From a virus, in IMG/VR virus record IMGVR_UViG_3300036900_000025, positions 1 through 64,000 of that record: a DNA stretch of 64,000 nt; one strand, 5' to 3'. A program made the position numbers and the translations under genes. The first letter of the stretch is position 1. The number at the start of each line of letters is the position of its first letter. Positions 47,175 to 56,433 of this stretch are shown piece by piece. A model generated the notes under the pieces. The model did no database searches. It was not told the origin of the DNA and saw only the letters and a list, made by a program, of their open reading frames with translations.

Positions 47175-50100
47175 GTGGCAGCGTCGTTCGTCAGGGATCA
47201 TGGTGCAGCGAGCATCAAGACTGCTGGCGCAGCGAATATCAACGTTGTCACTGGCGCAACAGCTCCCGATGTTGGGAACGTTCTCGTAGCCCGCATCCTC
47301 TTCGACAACTTCTCAACTGCCAGTCAGCCTGTCGTTTCTTCGATTGCCAAGCCAGCCGGAGAGATGAACAACTGGGTCTTTCTTGGCGCCGCCCGTTCTA
47401 CTTCAACTTCAGCCGGATCGTTCGCATCAGGTGAGTTGTGGGCGATCCAGACGAGTGTTGCTTGGCCTGCTAGCACTTCGTACCTCGTAACTCTGAACAA
47501 CTCAGTCACGATGAAGGCCACAAGCCTCCGTGAGTTCACAAACGTTCTTCCGGTACTTCGCAACACAGTCGGTACGGCGTACAGCACGACCACCACCGCT
47601 GCCTCCGCAACGACCACCGGCACGACGCCAGTAGTTGGTGACTTGGCGCTGGGATTCCTATTCGGATCGAACGTTGCTTCGGCACAAGCCGGTGATACTG
47701 ACACCACAGGTGGCTCTTGGAGCGCAGCTGACGGTGTTGGTTCGACTGGTGGTAATGCCGCCACAAACAACTTCGGCATCGGTCAGTACAAGGTCTTGAC
47801 AGCTGCTTCTCAGCAGACGTATAACTCGTCTGCCGCAGGGTCGGCAGGTAACGGCGCTATCGTTGCAATCTTGCAAGGTGTTGCGCCGCCAACTGCCCCC
47901 GTCACTGCTCCAACCGTTGTACTGCCGACAGCTGGTAGTCAAGAGCGCATTCTCATCACGACACCGCCGACTCTGGAAGGTGGTGCAGCTTCATACAGCG
48001 TCTATCGCAACGGCACGCTTGTTCAGAGTTCGGTTGCGAACGCAACGCAGATCAATGACTTCAACGCATCTGAGACATCCTCCCAGACGTACACAGTTCG
48101 TGGAGTCAACACTGCTGGTACGAGCACTGACAGTCCGGCATCCTCCAGTATCGTTGCTAACCCGGACCCACCATCAGTTACACTGACGCCGGGTGACACT
48201 ACGGTTGACATCTCGGTCTTCCAGCGAACGTATAACGCGCAGTACAAGATTTACCGGCGCAAGACACCTGTTGCTCCGTGGGTCGGTACCATCGTGCTAG
48301 GCAACGTTGCAGGTGCTACTGCTCTATCCGCAGCGGTTGACATCTCCGGTGCAACGACAGGTGAGGTTGTATTCGTCGGAGGTCTGCTCGAAGATACGTT
48401 GACTGCGCCAGTCACGTTGCCTAGCGGATGGACACTTGCGTCCGAAGGCTCGGAAGGTGTCACTGCTGGTGCAGGTTCACACTCGTTCCTAGCTTGGCGC
48501 GTCAAGCAGGCCGGTGATACAACCTTCACGTTCTCGTGGGGTGTTGCGGGCAAGTATCAACTGATTCCGTTCTCGTACCCCGGCGTTGACACAACGACGC
48601 CTGTAGACGTTGCCGCCTACAACGCCTCTACCACTGCGGCTTCGGCTGACTCGGCATCCATCACGCCTTCTACTCCGAACAGTTGGATTATCGGTCTGTT
48701 CGGCAAGCGCGGTACGACAGCCGCTATGGCGATCACCCCTGCGACCGGGATGACCGAGAGGGGGGAAGCAGATACTAGTGCGTCTCGCTTCCTCTCGCTG
48801 GAGTTGGCTGACACCAACGGACAGGTAACCCAGGCAGCACACTCATACAGCGCGACCGTTACTGGCTCCACTGCCTCACACGGTGGAACGATCGTCGCCG
48901 CGTTGAACTTTGCCTGGACACTCATCAACACCTCTTCGACACTTACTGCCGGGACGGGCAACTACGTCTACACCGACACGGCCCTCACCAACAGTACCAG
49001 TTACGACTACTCCGTAACGACGAACCCGCAGACCCCGACGGTACGAGAGTCTGTCAAGGCCATAGCCCAGCCGGCCGTTCCGGTCAGCCCGCCAGTCACC
49101 CTCGTTCCGACTGCTGATATCTCGCACTCAACGAACGCGGCTCCTGCTAGTGGTACTGCTTTCTGGAGTCTGCTCGACGACGATCCGGCCTCTTCCACGA
49201 ATGATGCAGGAACCGACTACGTCTCGATGGTCGGGTTCAGTGCAGAGAATTTCGTCGTCCAGATTGGCGACGGTGGTTCTGGCGCACCACTTGCTGTTAC
49301 CATCAACCTCAGGACGAAGGGAACTGTAACTCCAGCTATCACTGTTGCGATCCTGAACTCCAGTGGTACAACACTTACGTCGAAACTGCTTACACCAGGA
49401 ACCATCTCTCCAACTCTGAACTCTTGGACACTGAACTCAACAGAGTTGGCGACGATCCCCACCCTTAACGGCTTGCGCCTGAAGATGTCGGGAAACCCTG
49501 GTGGCGAGGAATACGATGTTCTCGCTGTCAACATGGTGGCTTCTCCGGGGGCCAGTGGGCCTGCAACCCTCTCCGGTGCCGCGACACTGACCAACAGCTC
49601 GACCATCAGCGCTGGTGGTACGTTCCAGCAAGAAGCTGGTACTGCACTTAGTCAGACAAGTACGCTGTCGGCCGGTGGTGTACGTCAGCAGCCAGCCGCC
49701 ATTACGCTGACTCAGGCCAGCACGGTCAACGCTACCGGGTTGCCGCTCAAGCCCGGTGCCGCTACACTCACGCAGACCAGCACGCTGGCTGGGGTCGGGG
49801 ATCGCACCGCCGCGCCCTCTGTAACGCTCACGCAGACCTCCACCATCGCCGGTGCAGCTGTACCGATCAGGTTGGGCGCAGCGACGCTGACTAACAGCAG
49901 TACTGTCAACGCTGCAGCATTCGAGACGAACCTTGTCTCGGTAACGCTGACGCAGACCAGCACAATGTCTGCAGTTGGTGGCACGATTCAGACTGCCGCT
50001 GTCACACTCAGTCAGACCAGTACAATGTCTGCATTCGGTGGCGGGTTGACTGTCGGCGCGGCTACCCTGACGAACAGTTCGATCCTGGCTGGAGCTGGTG

Positions 50101-50984
50101 ACCGTACCGCAGCACCGACTACCGCCCTCACTCAGACTAGCGTTCTCTCGAGTGTTGCACTTAGTACAGGGCTCGGGGCAGCTGTACTGACGCAGACAAG
50201 TACTCTCTCGAGCCAGCTCGTGCGAATCGCTATCGGCGCTATCACGCTGACTCAGACTAGCACAGTCAACTCGGCTGGCATCGAGATCAACCTCGCAGCG
50301 ATCACGCTGACGAACAACTCGACTATCAATGCGCTGGCTTCTGGCTTCGGTACACAGTCGGGCGCAGCGATGCTGACGAACAGTAGCACAATCAGTTCGG
50401 CACCAGTGATGACCGCCATTACGAGCGTCACACTGACAAACAGTAGCACAGTCACAGTTGGAGCTGCTCGTACAGTACTGCCTGCCATCGTACTGACTAA
50501 CGACAGCGTTGCGGTCATCGGCGGATTGCGGACGGTACCAGCAACAGGCACTCTCGTCCAGACGAACACGCTCGTCGTGGGCGGGATCAGGATTGCCACT
50601 GTCGCGGCCACGTTGACGAACAGCAGTATGGTCGTTGTAGGAGCCAGTAGGACGGTTCTTCCGACAGCGACGCTGACGCAGACATCTGTGCTGACTGGTG
50701 TGCCCGTGGTGACCCGTCTAGGCGGGATCACGCTCGTGCAGCCGTCCGTGGCATCCCTCGGAGCGTTGGCGCAGCGGGTCGCCGCCGCAGTCTTGATCCA
50801 ATCTAGTACGATGTCCGCCGAAGGACTAAAGATTGGGTCGTGGCCCATATCTGTACGCGGTTCCGACGGCGACTTGCACCTAATCCAGGACGTGCATGTA
50901 CGCCGACCGGATGGTGCGCTGGTGGTACCAGTACGGATTTGGGTACGTCAGCGGCCTAGCTGGGATTGGGTCAGCCTGGGATAG
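47175..50984 (+). CDS. large Thr/Ala/Ser-rich fibre/adhesin protein with ~21 C-terminal 20-aa repeats
   Basis: N-terminal beta-sandwich/FN3-like domains; repeat xAxTLT(Q/N)(T/S)ST(L/V/I)xA. Confidence 0.8.
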   Translation: MAASFVRDHGAASIKTAGAANINVVTGATAPDVGNVLVARILFDNFSTASQPVVSSIAKPAGEMNNWVFLGAARSTSTSAGSFASGELWAIQTSVAWPASTSYLVTLNNSVTMKATSLREFTNVLPVLRNTVGTAYSTTTTAASATTTGTTPVVGDLALGFLFGSNVASAQAGDTDTTGGSWSAADGVGSTGGNAATNNFGIGQYKVLTAASQQTYNSSAAGSAGNGAIVAILQGVAPPTAPVTAPTVVLPTAGSQERILITTPPTLEGGAASYSVYRNGTLVQSSVANATQINDFNASETSSQTYTVRGVNTAGTSTDSPASSSIVANPDPPSVTLTPGDTTVDISVFQRTYNAQYKIYRRKTPVAPWVGTIVLGNVAGATALSAAVDISGATTGEVVFVGGLLEDTLTAPVTLPSGWTLASEGSEGVTAGAGSHSFLAWRVKQAGDTTFTFSWGVAGKYQLIPFSYPGVDTTTPVDVAAYNASTTAASADSASITPSTPNSWIIGLFGKRGTTAAMAITPATGMTERGEADTSASRFLSLELADTNGQVTQAAHSYSATVTGSTASHGGTIVAALNFAWTLINTSSTLTAGTGNYVYTDTALTNSTSYDYSVTTNPQTPTVRESVKAIAQPAVPVSPPVTLVPTADISHSTNAAPASGTAFWSLLDDDPASSTNDAGTDYVSMVGFSAENFVVQIGDGGSGAPLAVTINLRTKGTVTPAITVAILNSSGTTLTSKLLTPGTISPTLNSWTLNSTELATIPTLNGLRLKMSGNPGGEEYDVLAVNMVASPGASGPATLSGAATLTNSSTISAGGTFQQEAGTALSQTSTLSAGGVRQQPAAITLTQASTVNATGLPLKPGAATLTQTSTLAGVGDRTAAPSVTLTQTSTIAGAAVPIRLGAATLTNSSTVNAAAFETNLVSVTLTQTSTMSAVGGTIQTAAVTLSQTSTMSAFGGGLTVGAATLTNSSILAGAGDRTAAPTTALTQTSVLSSVALSTGLGAAVLTQTSTLSSQLVRIAIGAITLTQTSTVNSAGIEINLAAITLTNNSTINALASGFGTQSGAAMLTNSSTISSAPVMTAITSVTLTNSSTVTVGAARTVLPAIVLTNDSVAVIGGLRTVPATGTLVQTNTLVVGGIRIATVAATLTNSSMVVVGASRTVLPTATLTQTSVLTGVPVVTRLGGITLVQPSVASLGALAQRVAAAVLIQSSTMSAEGLKIGSWPISVRGSDGDLHLIQDVHVRRPDGALVVPVRIWVRQRPSWDWVSLG

Positions 50985-51465
50985 AAGCTCGGTGCGCTCC
51001 AGGCGTGTTGAGCATCTCCAGCTTTGCGATGACCTCAGAAATCACGTCTTGGCCGTAGTAGCGGCCGCAGAGTGCAAGCAGACAGACGATCACGTCAGCA
51101 GACTCCTTGACGACACTGTCGCCCTTGTACGACTTGGCTGAATTGCGGCCTTCGTCGATGGTGAGAGCTTCGGCAACCTCTCCGAGTTCTTCCATCGCCT
51201 TGCCAAGAAGGTCAACTGACGTTGCGTTGGGAAAGCGCGCCTCGTGCCACTTGGTGGCAGTAGTAACGAGTCGGTTGTCTGACACTCTTTCTCCCATGTA
51301 GTGAACCACGGTTACTGGACCGTAGTTGCCTGCGATCTTTGTCCATGACTCTGGATCCTCTGAAGAGTCTCCAACCCAGTACCCTTCAGGCAAGTGGACC
51401 CAACGTTGGCCTTCCGAGTCTCTGACGATTGACGCAACTGGTGGTTCGGGATCAGTCGAAGTCAA
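50971..51465 (-). CDS. mazG: MazG-like nucleotide pyrophosphohydrolase with an extra N-terminal domain
   Basis: KAMEELGEVAEAL...KESADV. Confidence 0.8.
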   Translation of the reverse strand: MTSTDPEPPVASIVRDSEGQRWVHLPEGYWVGDSSEDPESWTKIAGNYGPVTVVHYMGERVSDNRLVTTATKWHEARFPNATSVDLLGKAMEELGEVAEALTIDEGRNSAKSYKGDSVVKESADVIVCLLALCGRYYGQDVISEVIAKLEMLNTPGAHRASIPG

Positions 51466-52201
51466 AGCCTGCGCCTTCGCCTTCGAGGAGCTTGGCACTA
51501 GCACGCCTCCAGTTCTCTTCATCGTACTCGATGCCGATTGCACACCGAGCCATACGCTCTGCTGCCCGGACGAGTGAGCCACTTCCTCCGAATGGGTCGA
51601 TCAGCCAGTCACCAGGATTGGTAGAATGTGCGATCAGCTTCTCCAGGAGTGCTGTCGGCTTCTCGTGAGGATGGATCAGCTCGTTGGGCCGGAGTTGGGG
51701 TGTGTGGAGGACGTTGTTACGCCTGATGTCTGACTTCGGACGGTCCCCACGCTTGTAGTAGAGAATGAACTCGCAGCCCATCCCCCAGGACTCCAGGTCC
51801 CCCATCCCTGGGCCGTCCTTCTCCCACACCAGGATCGCCTTGCGAGTGAACCCGTGAGGGGCGAAGAGGTCCCTCGTGAACGTCAGCCACTCCTCGAGGA
51901 CTTGGTGCGCCGTAAAGACGTAGATGTCCGAGGCAGGCTTTAGTGCGGGCATGAGGGAGGAGAACACGTTGGTAAAGGTCCGCATGGCGACCTCGGGCGA
52001 TTCGTCGTTGGCGATCTTCCGAGCGTTCGCCTTGCCGTCAGCGGTCACCGCCATGTTGGAGAGGTTATCCACTCCGAAGGGCGGGTCGGTGATGACTGAC
52101 TGGATCATCCCAGGCTTGAGCAGCTTCGTCAGGTGAACACTGTCACCGTGCCAGATCTGATGCTGCGACGTGTTCTTGCCGGGGACAACTAGGTCAGTCA
52201 T
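51452..52201 (-). CDS. N6-adenine/N4-cytosine DNA methyltransferase (beta class)
   Basis: TDPPF precedes HPHEKP and DPFGGSGS. Confidence 0.93.
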   Translation of the reverse strand: MTDLVVPGKNTSQHQIWHGDSVHLTKLLKPGMIQSVITDPPFGVDNLSNMAVTADGKANARKIANDESPEVAMRTFTNVFSSLMPALKPASDIYVFTAHQVLEEWLTFTRDLFAPHGFTRKAILVWEKDGPGMGDLESWGMGCEFILYYKRGDRPKSDIRRNNVLHTPQLRPNELIHPHEKPTALLEKLIAHSTNPGDWLIDPFGGSGSLVRAAERMARCAIGIEYDEENWRRASAKLLEGEGAGFDFD

Positions 52202-52469
52202 CTTGAACTGTTCCCGTCTTGCAGTCGTGGATAGCTGATGCCGAGCAGAGTGGGCAGAAGAATCTAACCCTCTCTGCCACGGAGTCGATGTCGATGAGTT
52301 CGGGCCTCAGCTCAAGGTAGAGGTCAGCAAGGTCGCTGTCAACGTCCATCTCGATCCTGAAGGAGACAATGCCTTTGATCTCCTTGCCGTCCTCATCGGT
52401 GATCCTTGTGTTACGAGGCGTGCCGTCACTGACGAGGTGGACATTCCGCCAGCGAGGTTGGTCAGCCAT
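52194..52469 (-). CDS. hypothetical protein
   Basis: Operon overlap; CPLC. Confidence 0.7.
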   Translation of the reverse strand: MADQPRWRNVHLVSDGTPRNTRITDEDGKEIKGIVSFRIEMDVDSDLADLYLELRPELIDIDSVAERVRFFCPLCSASAIHDCKTGTVQDD

Positions 52470-52632
52470 GATTCTTCTTCTTCTTCTTGCCTGAGTACTC
52501 GGCGATGCACGCCCAGCTGCAGAACTCGATGTCAGGAGGATCTGACATCGTCGACATCGTCTGCTCGATCCTGAACGGCAGCTCGCTGGGCTGGGTGCGC
52601 TCGCAGTTGTTGCACTGGTGCAGAAGGCTCAT
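52462..52632 (-). CDS. small Zn-binding protein
   Basis: CNNC...FCSWAC. Confidence 0.65.
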   Translation of the reverse strand: MSLLHQCNNCERTQPSELPFRIEQTMSTMSDPPDIEFCSWACIAEYSGKKKKKNHG

Positions 52633-53093
52633 CAGATGATTCCCTTCACTTCTTCTGGAAGGTCCGTCTCCCAATGCCACGGCGCTGCCCCAACGAGGAT
52701 CTTGCCTCGGACATCGGGCCCCTGGGCGACCTGAATTGAGTTGATGAACTTCACGTCCTTGTCGTTCTTGTAGAGGACGCCTTGGAGTGCATCTTCGAGA
52801 GCCTTCTGCATGTTGGTCGTGTCGGCCTCATGCTTGCGGTGCGTTCGGGCCTGGGGTGTGGTGTACTCGGCACGCTGGCGCCAGAAGTAGAAGATGAGCG
52901 CAACGTCGCCCACGATCATCTCTGGCACGAACTGTGGCGAGTTCATCGCCTCCTTGACTGCCTCCTGGAAGTTGAAGAGCTGCTGGTTACGCCCAACGAA
53001 AGGACGCAGACCTCCCTTGCGGTTGACTCCGAGAGGACCGATCGCCCAGGGCTCCGGGTTCAGGTCGAGTTCGTACCACCTGTATTCGGGCAT
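52632..53093 (-). CDS. rusA: RusA-like Holliday junction resolvase
   Basis: ADTTNMQKALEDALQGVLYKNDKDV. Confidence 0.88.
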   Translation of the reverse strand: MPEYRWYELDLNPEPWAIGPLGVNRKGGLRPFVGRNQQLFNFQEAVKEAMNSPQFVPEMIVGDVALIFYFWRQRAEYTTPQARTHRKHEADTTNMQKALEDALQGVLYKNDKDVKFINSIQVAQGPDVRGKILVGAAPWHWETDLPEEVKGII

Positions 53094-53094
53094 G

Positions 53095-53214
53095 TCACCA
53101 GAACCCGAACAGGTGGCCCAGCAGGATGAGGACCCCACCGCAGGCCATGAGCGCAGCAGTGAGGATGAAGACTGTGATAATGAGCTTAAGGCCCTCCAGG
53201 AGGACCTTATCCAC
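53095..53214 (-). CDS. small membrane protein (39 aa)
   Basis: Manual translation MDKVLLEGLKLIITVFILTAALMACGGVLILLGHLFGFW. Confidence 0.6.
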   Translation of the reverse strand: MDKVLLEGLKLIITVFILTAALMACGGVLILLGHLFGFW

Positions 53215-53698
53215 CAGTGCCTTCGCCGTCACTGGCTCCTGCTGGCGTTGTGGCCGCTGGGGGTCCGTCATTGAAGATCGTCTCCTTGGGGAAGTTCATG
53301 TCCGTGAGGACCATCTTGTAGGGCGAGAAGAAGTAGGTCGGGCAGCCGGTGTCGCCGTGCATCCAGTTCAGCTCCTGGCGCGAACCCTTACTGAACGCCC
53401 AGCCGGGGAGGAGGATGATGCCGTGTGCCTTAGCACATTCTTCCTGGCAGCGGTCCATGTACCACTGCCAGACCTTCTCCTCGGTGTCGTGGATCTCGGG
53501 ATCGTGCTTCTCGCACTCGATCGGTGAGATGATCTTGACGCCGCTCTGGCGAAGCGCAGCAGCTGCGAACTCGAAGAGTGGGTAGTTGAAGTCCGCAATC
53601 CCGGTCATCGGACCCGACAGGTAGTACGTCAGGTTGAAGTTGAAGTCGAGGCTGCCGCCTTGCTCGTCGTGCGTCTCGGTCTGGTCAGGCTCGGTCAC
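53207..53698 (-). CDS. nucleoside 2-deoxyribosyltransferase-like protein (DUF4406-like)
   Basis: YLSGPMTG..DFNYPLF, LLPGW..SKGS..E. Confidence 0.85.
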   Translation of the reverse strand: MTEPDQTETHDEQGGSLDFNFNLTYYLSGPMTGIADFNYPLFEFAAAALRQSGVKIISPIECEKHDPEIHDTEEKVWQWYMDRCQEECAKAHGIILLPGWAFSKGSRQELNWMHGDTGCPTYFFSPYKMVLTDMNFPKETIFNDGPPAATTPAGASDGEGTGG

Positions 53699-53978
53699 GG
53701 TTCTCCTCGGAGTTGTTGTTGACGAAGGCCCGGAAGGCCTTGCCGGAGATCTCGGCTTCGTGCTCGACGTGCTTCTCCTGCGCCGCAGACGTCTCCTCGC
53801 GGGTGCCGTCGCAGAACGCACCGCAACGACACGAGACACGGATCATCTTGTCCTCGGGATGCGAGTCCCTTGGGAACTGCTTGTAGGTGTGCTCCTTCTG
53901 TGCCAGACCACGCCCAAGGTTGTACGCCTGCTCAGGTGTCATGTCTTTGGTGACGTGATCTGCGATGATGATTCCCAC
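53685..53978 (-). CDS. hypothetical protein
   Basis: CRCG...H..H; operon overlap. Confidence 0.7.
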   Translation of the reverse strand: MGIIIADHVTKDMTPEQAYNLGRGLAQKEHTYKQFPRDSHPEDKMIRVSCRCGAFCDGTREETSAAQEKHVEHEAEISGKAFRAFVNNNSEENRDRA

Positions 53979-54202
53979 TAGCGCTTCCCTCGATCCATCT
54001 TCTCGGTTGCAGCTACTGCGAGTGCAGCGATCTCGACGAACTCCTGTCTGTCGGGAGCACCAGCAGGAGGATCGACTCTCTTGTGCATGTAGTTACGGAA
54101 GTCGATGTAACCATGATGATCGTCGTGTTCTCTCGTGTAGCCCTTCTTGATCTGGCGACGACGCTCGCGCCAGACCGCGAAGAGCACTCTCAAGGTTGCC
54201 AC
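53978..54202 (-). CDS. hypothetical phage protein (ERRRQ..KGY..EHDD family)
   Basis: Recurring phage motif ending IAALAVAA.E..DR. Confidence 0.75.
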   Translation of the reverse strand: MATLRVLFAVWRERRRQIKKGYTREHDDHHGYIDFRNYMHKRVDPPAGAPDRQEFVEIAALAVAATEKMDRGKR

Positions 54203-54841
54203 TTAGTCCTCCACTCCCAGCCAGCCGAGAAGGTCGATGACGGACGGCGCGAGGTAGTCCACCATCCGGTACATCAGCTCTGGCTCGATGGGGTCCTCCA
54301 TCAAGATAGCCGTTCGCTTACCAGCTCCTACGGCCCACCCCAGCTCCAGGTGAGCGCTCTTGCCGCAGGGCAGAACCATCACGAAGGTGTCAGCCTTCGT
54401 CATGGCTGCGAAGTCAGAGTTGTAGCCCTCGATTGCACGAGGGTGATTGACCATCTCAAGGTAGTCAATCTTGCGCTCGTGATCGCTACCCTTCTTCGGA
54501 GCGGCCGAGCGTAGTGTTCGAGAACCCGGAGCCAGACACGCGACGTAGCCATTTGCAGTGTGACGCCAGACCTCGGGGTCGATCGTAGGGTCGAAGTCAG
54601 GATCGTAGGACCCATGCTGGAGGTAAGTACCGAAGTAGATGTCACGTCCGCAGTGCTCGCAGATTGGGATGCTATCACTTGCACCAGGTGGCTTCACTTC
54701 AGCCCACGAGAAGCCAGTACCGCCCTCGGGGTTCTTGAAGTCGTAGTGTGGGATACCAGCGGCTTTCAGTACCTGGCACACCGCTTCCTGCATCGGGTTG
54801 CGCCATGACGAGGCGACATAGACGTAGTATGGAAGGCCCAT
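54203..54841 (-). CDS. second NDT-like protein with an internal Zn-finger insertion
   Basis: YVASSWRN, YDFKNP, ADTFVMVLPCGKSAHLELGWAVGAGK. Confidence 0.8.
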   Translation of the reverse strand: MGLPYYVYVASSWRNPMQEAVCQVLKAAGIPHYDFKNPEGGTGFSWAEVKPPGASDSIPICEHCGRDIYFGTYLQHGSYDPDFDPTIDPEVWRHTANGYVACLAPGSRTLRSAAPKKGSDHERKIDYLEMVNHPRAIEGYNSDFAAMTKADTFVMVLPCGKSAHLELGWAVGAGKRTAILMEDPIEPELMYRMVDYLAPSVIDLLGWLGVED

Positions 54842-54842
54842 T

Positions 54843-55064
54843 TCACGGCTCCTTGAACGGGTCGGGTGTAGGGAGCCCGAACGGGCTAGAGAGGCCGGGA
54901 GCGTCGGGCGCTGGGGGGTCATCCGGCCCCTCTGTGGCGTCGCGGTGGTCCTTGATGTCGTCGGACCACGAATCCAGCCGGGGGATCACCCGACTCAGTG
55001 CGATGCCGACGAAGGCGAGCCCCATCGTGACGCTGTAGAGGCCCAGGGCGATAGCGAGATCCAT
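54843..55064 (-). CDS. small membrane protein
   Basis: N-terminal hydrophobic segment. Confidence 0.7.
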   Translation of the reverse strand: MDLAIALGLYSVTMGLAFVGIALSRVIPRLDSWSDDIKDHRDATEGPDDPPAPDAPGLSSPFGLPTPDPFKEP

Positions 55065-55303
55065 TACTGTCGTTCACCTGCAATCTCGAGATTGTGCCCA
55101 CTTGCGTAGGCAAGTTGACTCATAAAGTATCCAACAGCCGTCGCATCGACGCACTGGATCTTCATGAGTAGGTAGCGTCTACCGTCCTTGTAGACTCCCC
55201 ACAGGTAGTAGTCGTTTGACTTTGGGATCCCGAAGAGACGGAACCTGACGAACTTGGGTATCCCATCGGGAGCATCGTTGACGTAGGACGGCTTGACCAT
55301 CAT
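55064..55303 (-). CDS. hypothetical protein
   Basis: ATGA overlap with the clamp stop. Confidence 0.65.
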   Translation of the reverse strand: MMVKPSYVNDAPDGIPKFVRFRLFGIPKSNDYYLWGVYKDGRRYLLMKIQCVDATAVGYFMSQLAYASGHNLEIAGERQ

Positions 55304-56430
55304 GCTCCCTGTGTGTCTGTGTCGTTCTTGCGAGGAATGATCCAGGCGTTGTACCCAGCGGAGTCGGTTACCTGCCACCGGAATGCTGGCTTCGCCGGGT
55401 CATAGAGAATGGCGATCTTGTCGTTCGGGCAGTTGGTCAAGCCGTCGAGGAGGTTCTTCGGCGTGAACTTGTACTCGGTTCGCGTATGGACGGCTTGGCC
55501 GGGAATCTCGACCACGTCGCCAAGCAGGCCCATCTCGGTGTTACTCATCATCACCGCAATCTCCTCCTCGCCGATCCAGACATGGAGTGCCTGGAACCGA
55601 TCTGCGCCGGTGAAGTTGGTAGCCCTGTTGATGATCTCAACGAAGTCGTCTCGGTCGATGTCTACTCGGTTCGGAGGCACCGTCTCCATCACACGCTTGA
55701 CATTGGGGTAAGGCGTGCCGTAGGTGACAGTTCGGATCTGACTGTGCTCGTCAGGCATGATGAGGAGTTGGTTCCCGTCGAAGCCGATCGAGACATCACC
55801 CTTCTTGGGGAGGACTCCGGAGAGAATGCCCGACGGGACGGTAACCGGGTTAGTAAGCTCGGGGATGACTAGGGGAGCTGAGCAGAGAAGGTAGCGGTTC
55901 GTCGCTACGACAATCTCACCGTCGAAGTGAACACCTGAGTACGGAGGTTCATTACCGTTGGCCGCAGCCCACTCGACCTGACCGATCCGTCCACCCAACT
56001 CAGGTACCGGGATAAGACCGTCGGGGTCGAATACAAGCCAAGTCGGGTAGTACTCGGGGTCGATGAGGTTGAACTTAGCTCGTGTTCGTGCCTGGCTGAG
56101 TCGGACACTGTGCGAACGCCCATTTCGTTCGTCCTCCATCTTTACCTGCTTGCCGCTACCGATGGGAAGTGTGGAGCAGACACCGGCGAGAAGCTTGCTG
56201 GGGAATCGCCACGTTACTGTCTCGCCCTCAACGCTAACGCAGTCGATCCACTCGGTCCAGAAGATGTTGAGGTCAGTGGATCGGATCACGATGGAGGGAT
56301 CGTCGCCCGTGGTGATCTCCATGATGATGCCAGCCGCTTTGTCGAAGGCAGAGCCCTTGGACGGCGCGACCTTGTCGGCCTTCTTGATCGCGTCCACCAG
56401 AGTTGCCGTCTCGAACACTACGGTTGTCAA
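55300..56430 (-). CDS. dnaN: DNA polymerase III beta sliding clamp-like protein
   Basis: 376 aa; STDL, YSGVHFD, VATNRYLL, YPNVKRV, F.PK.LLDGL, IIPR. Confidence 0.88.
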   Translation of the reverse strand: MTTVVFETATLVDAIKKADKVAPSKGSAFDKAAGIIMEITTGDDPSIVIRSTDLNIFWTEWIDCVSVEGETVTWRFPSKLLAGVCSTLPIGSGKQVKMEDERNGRSHSVRLSQARTRAKFNLIDPEYYPTWLVFDPDGLIPVPELGGRIGQVEWAAANGNEPPYSGVHFDGEIVVATNRYLLCSAPLVIPELTNPVTVPSGILSGVLPKKGDVSIGFDGNQLLIMPDEHSQIRTVTYGTPYPNVKRVMETVPPNRVDIDRDDFVEIINRATNFTGADRFQALHVWIGEEEIAVMMSNTEMGLLGDVVEIPGQAVHTRTEYKFTPKNLLDGLTNCPNDKIAILYDPAKPAFRWQVTDSAGYNAWIIPRKNDTDTQGA

Positions 56431-56433
56431 GAT

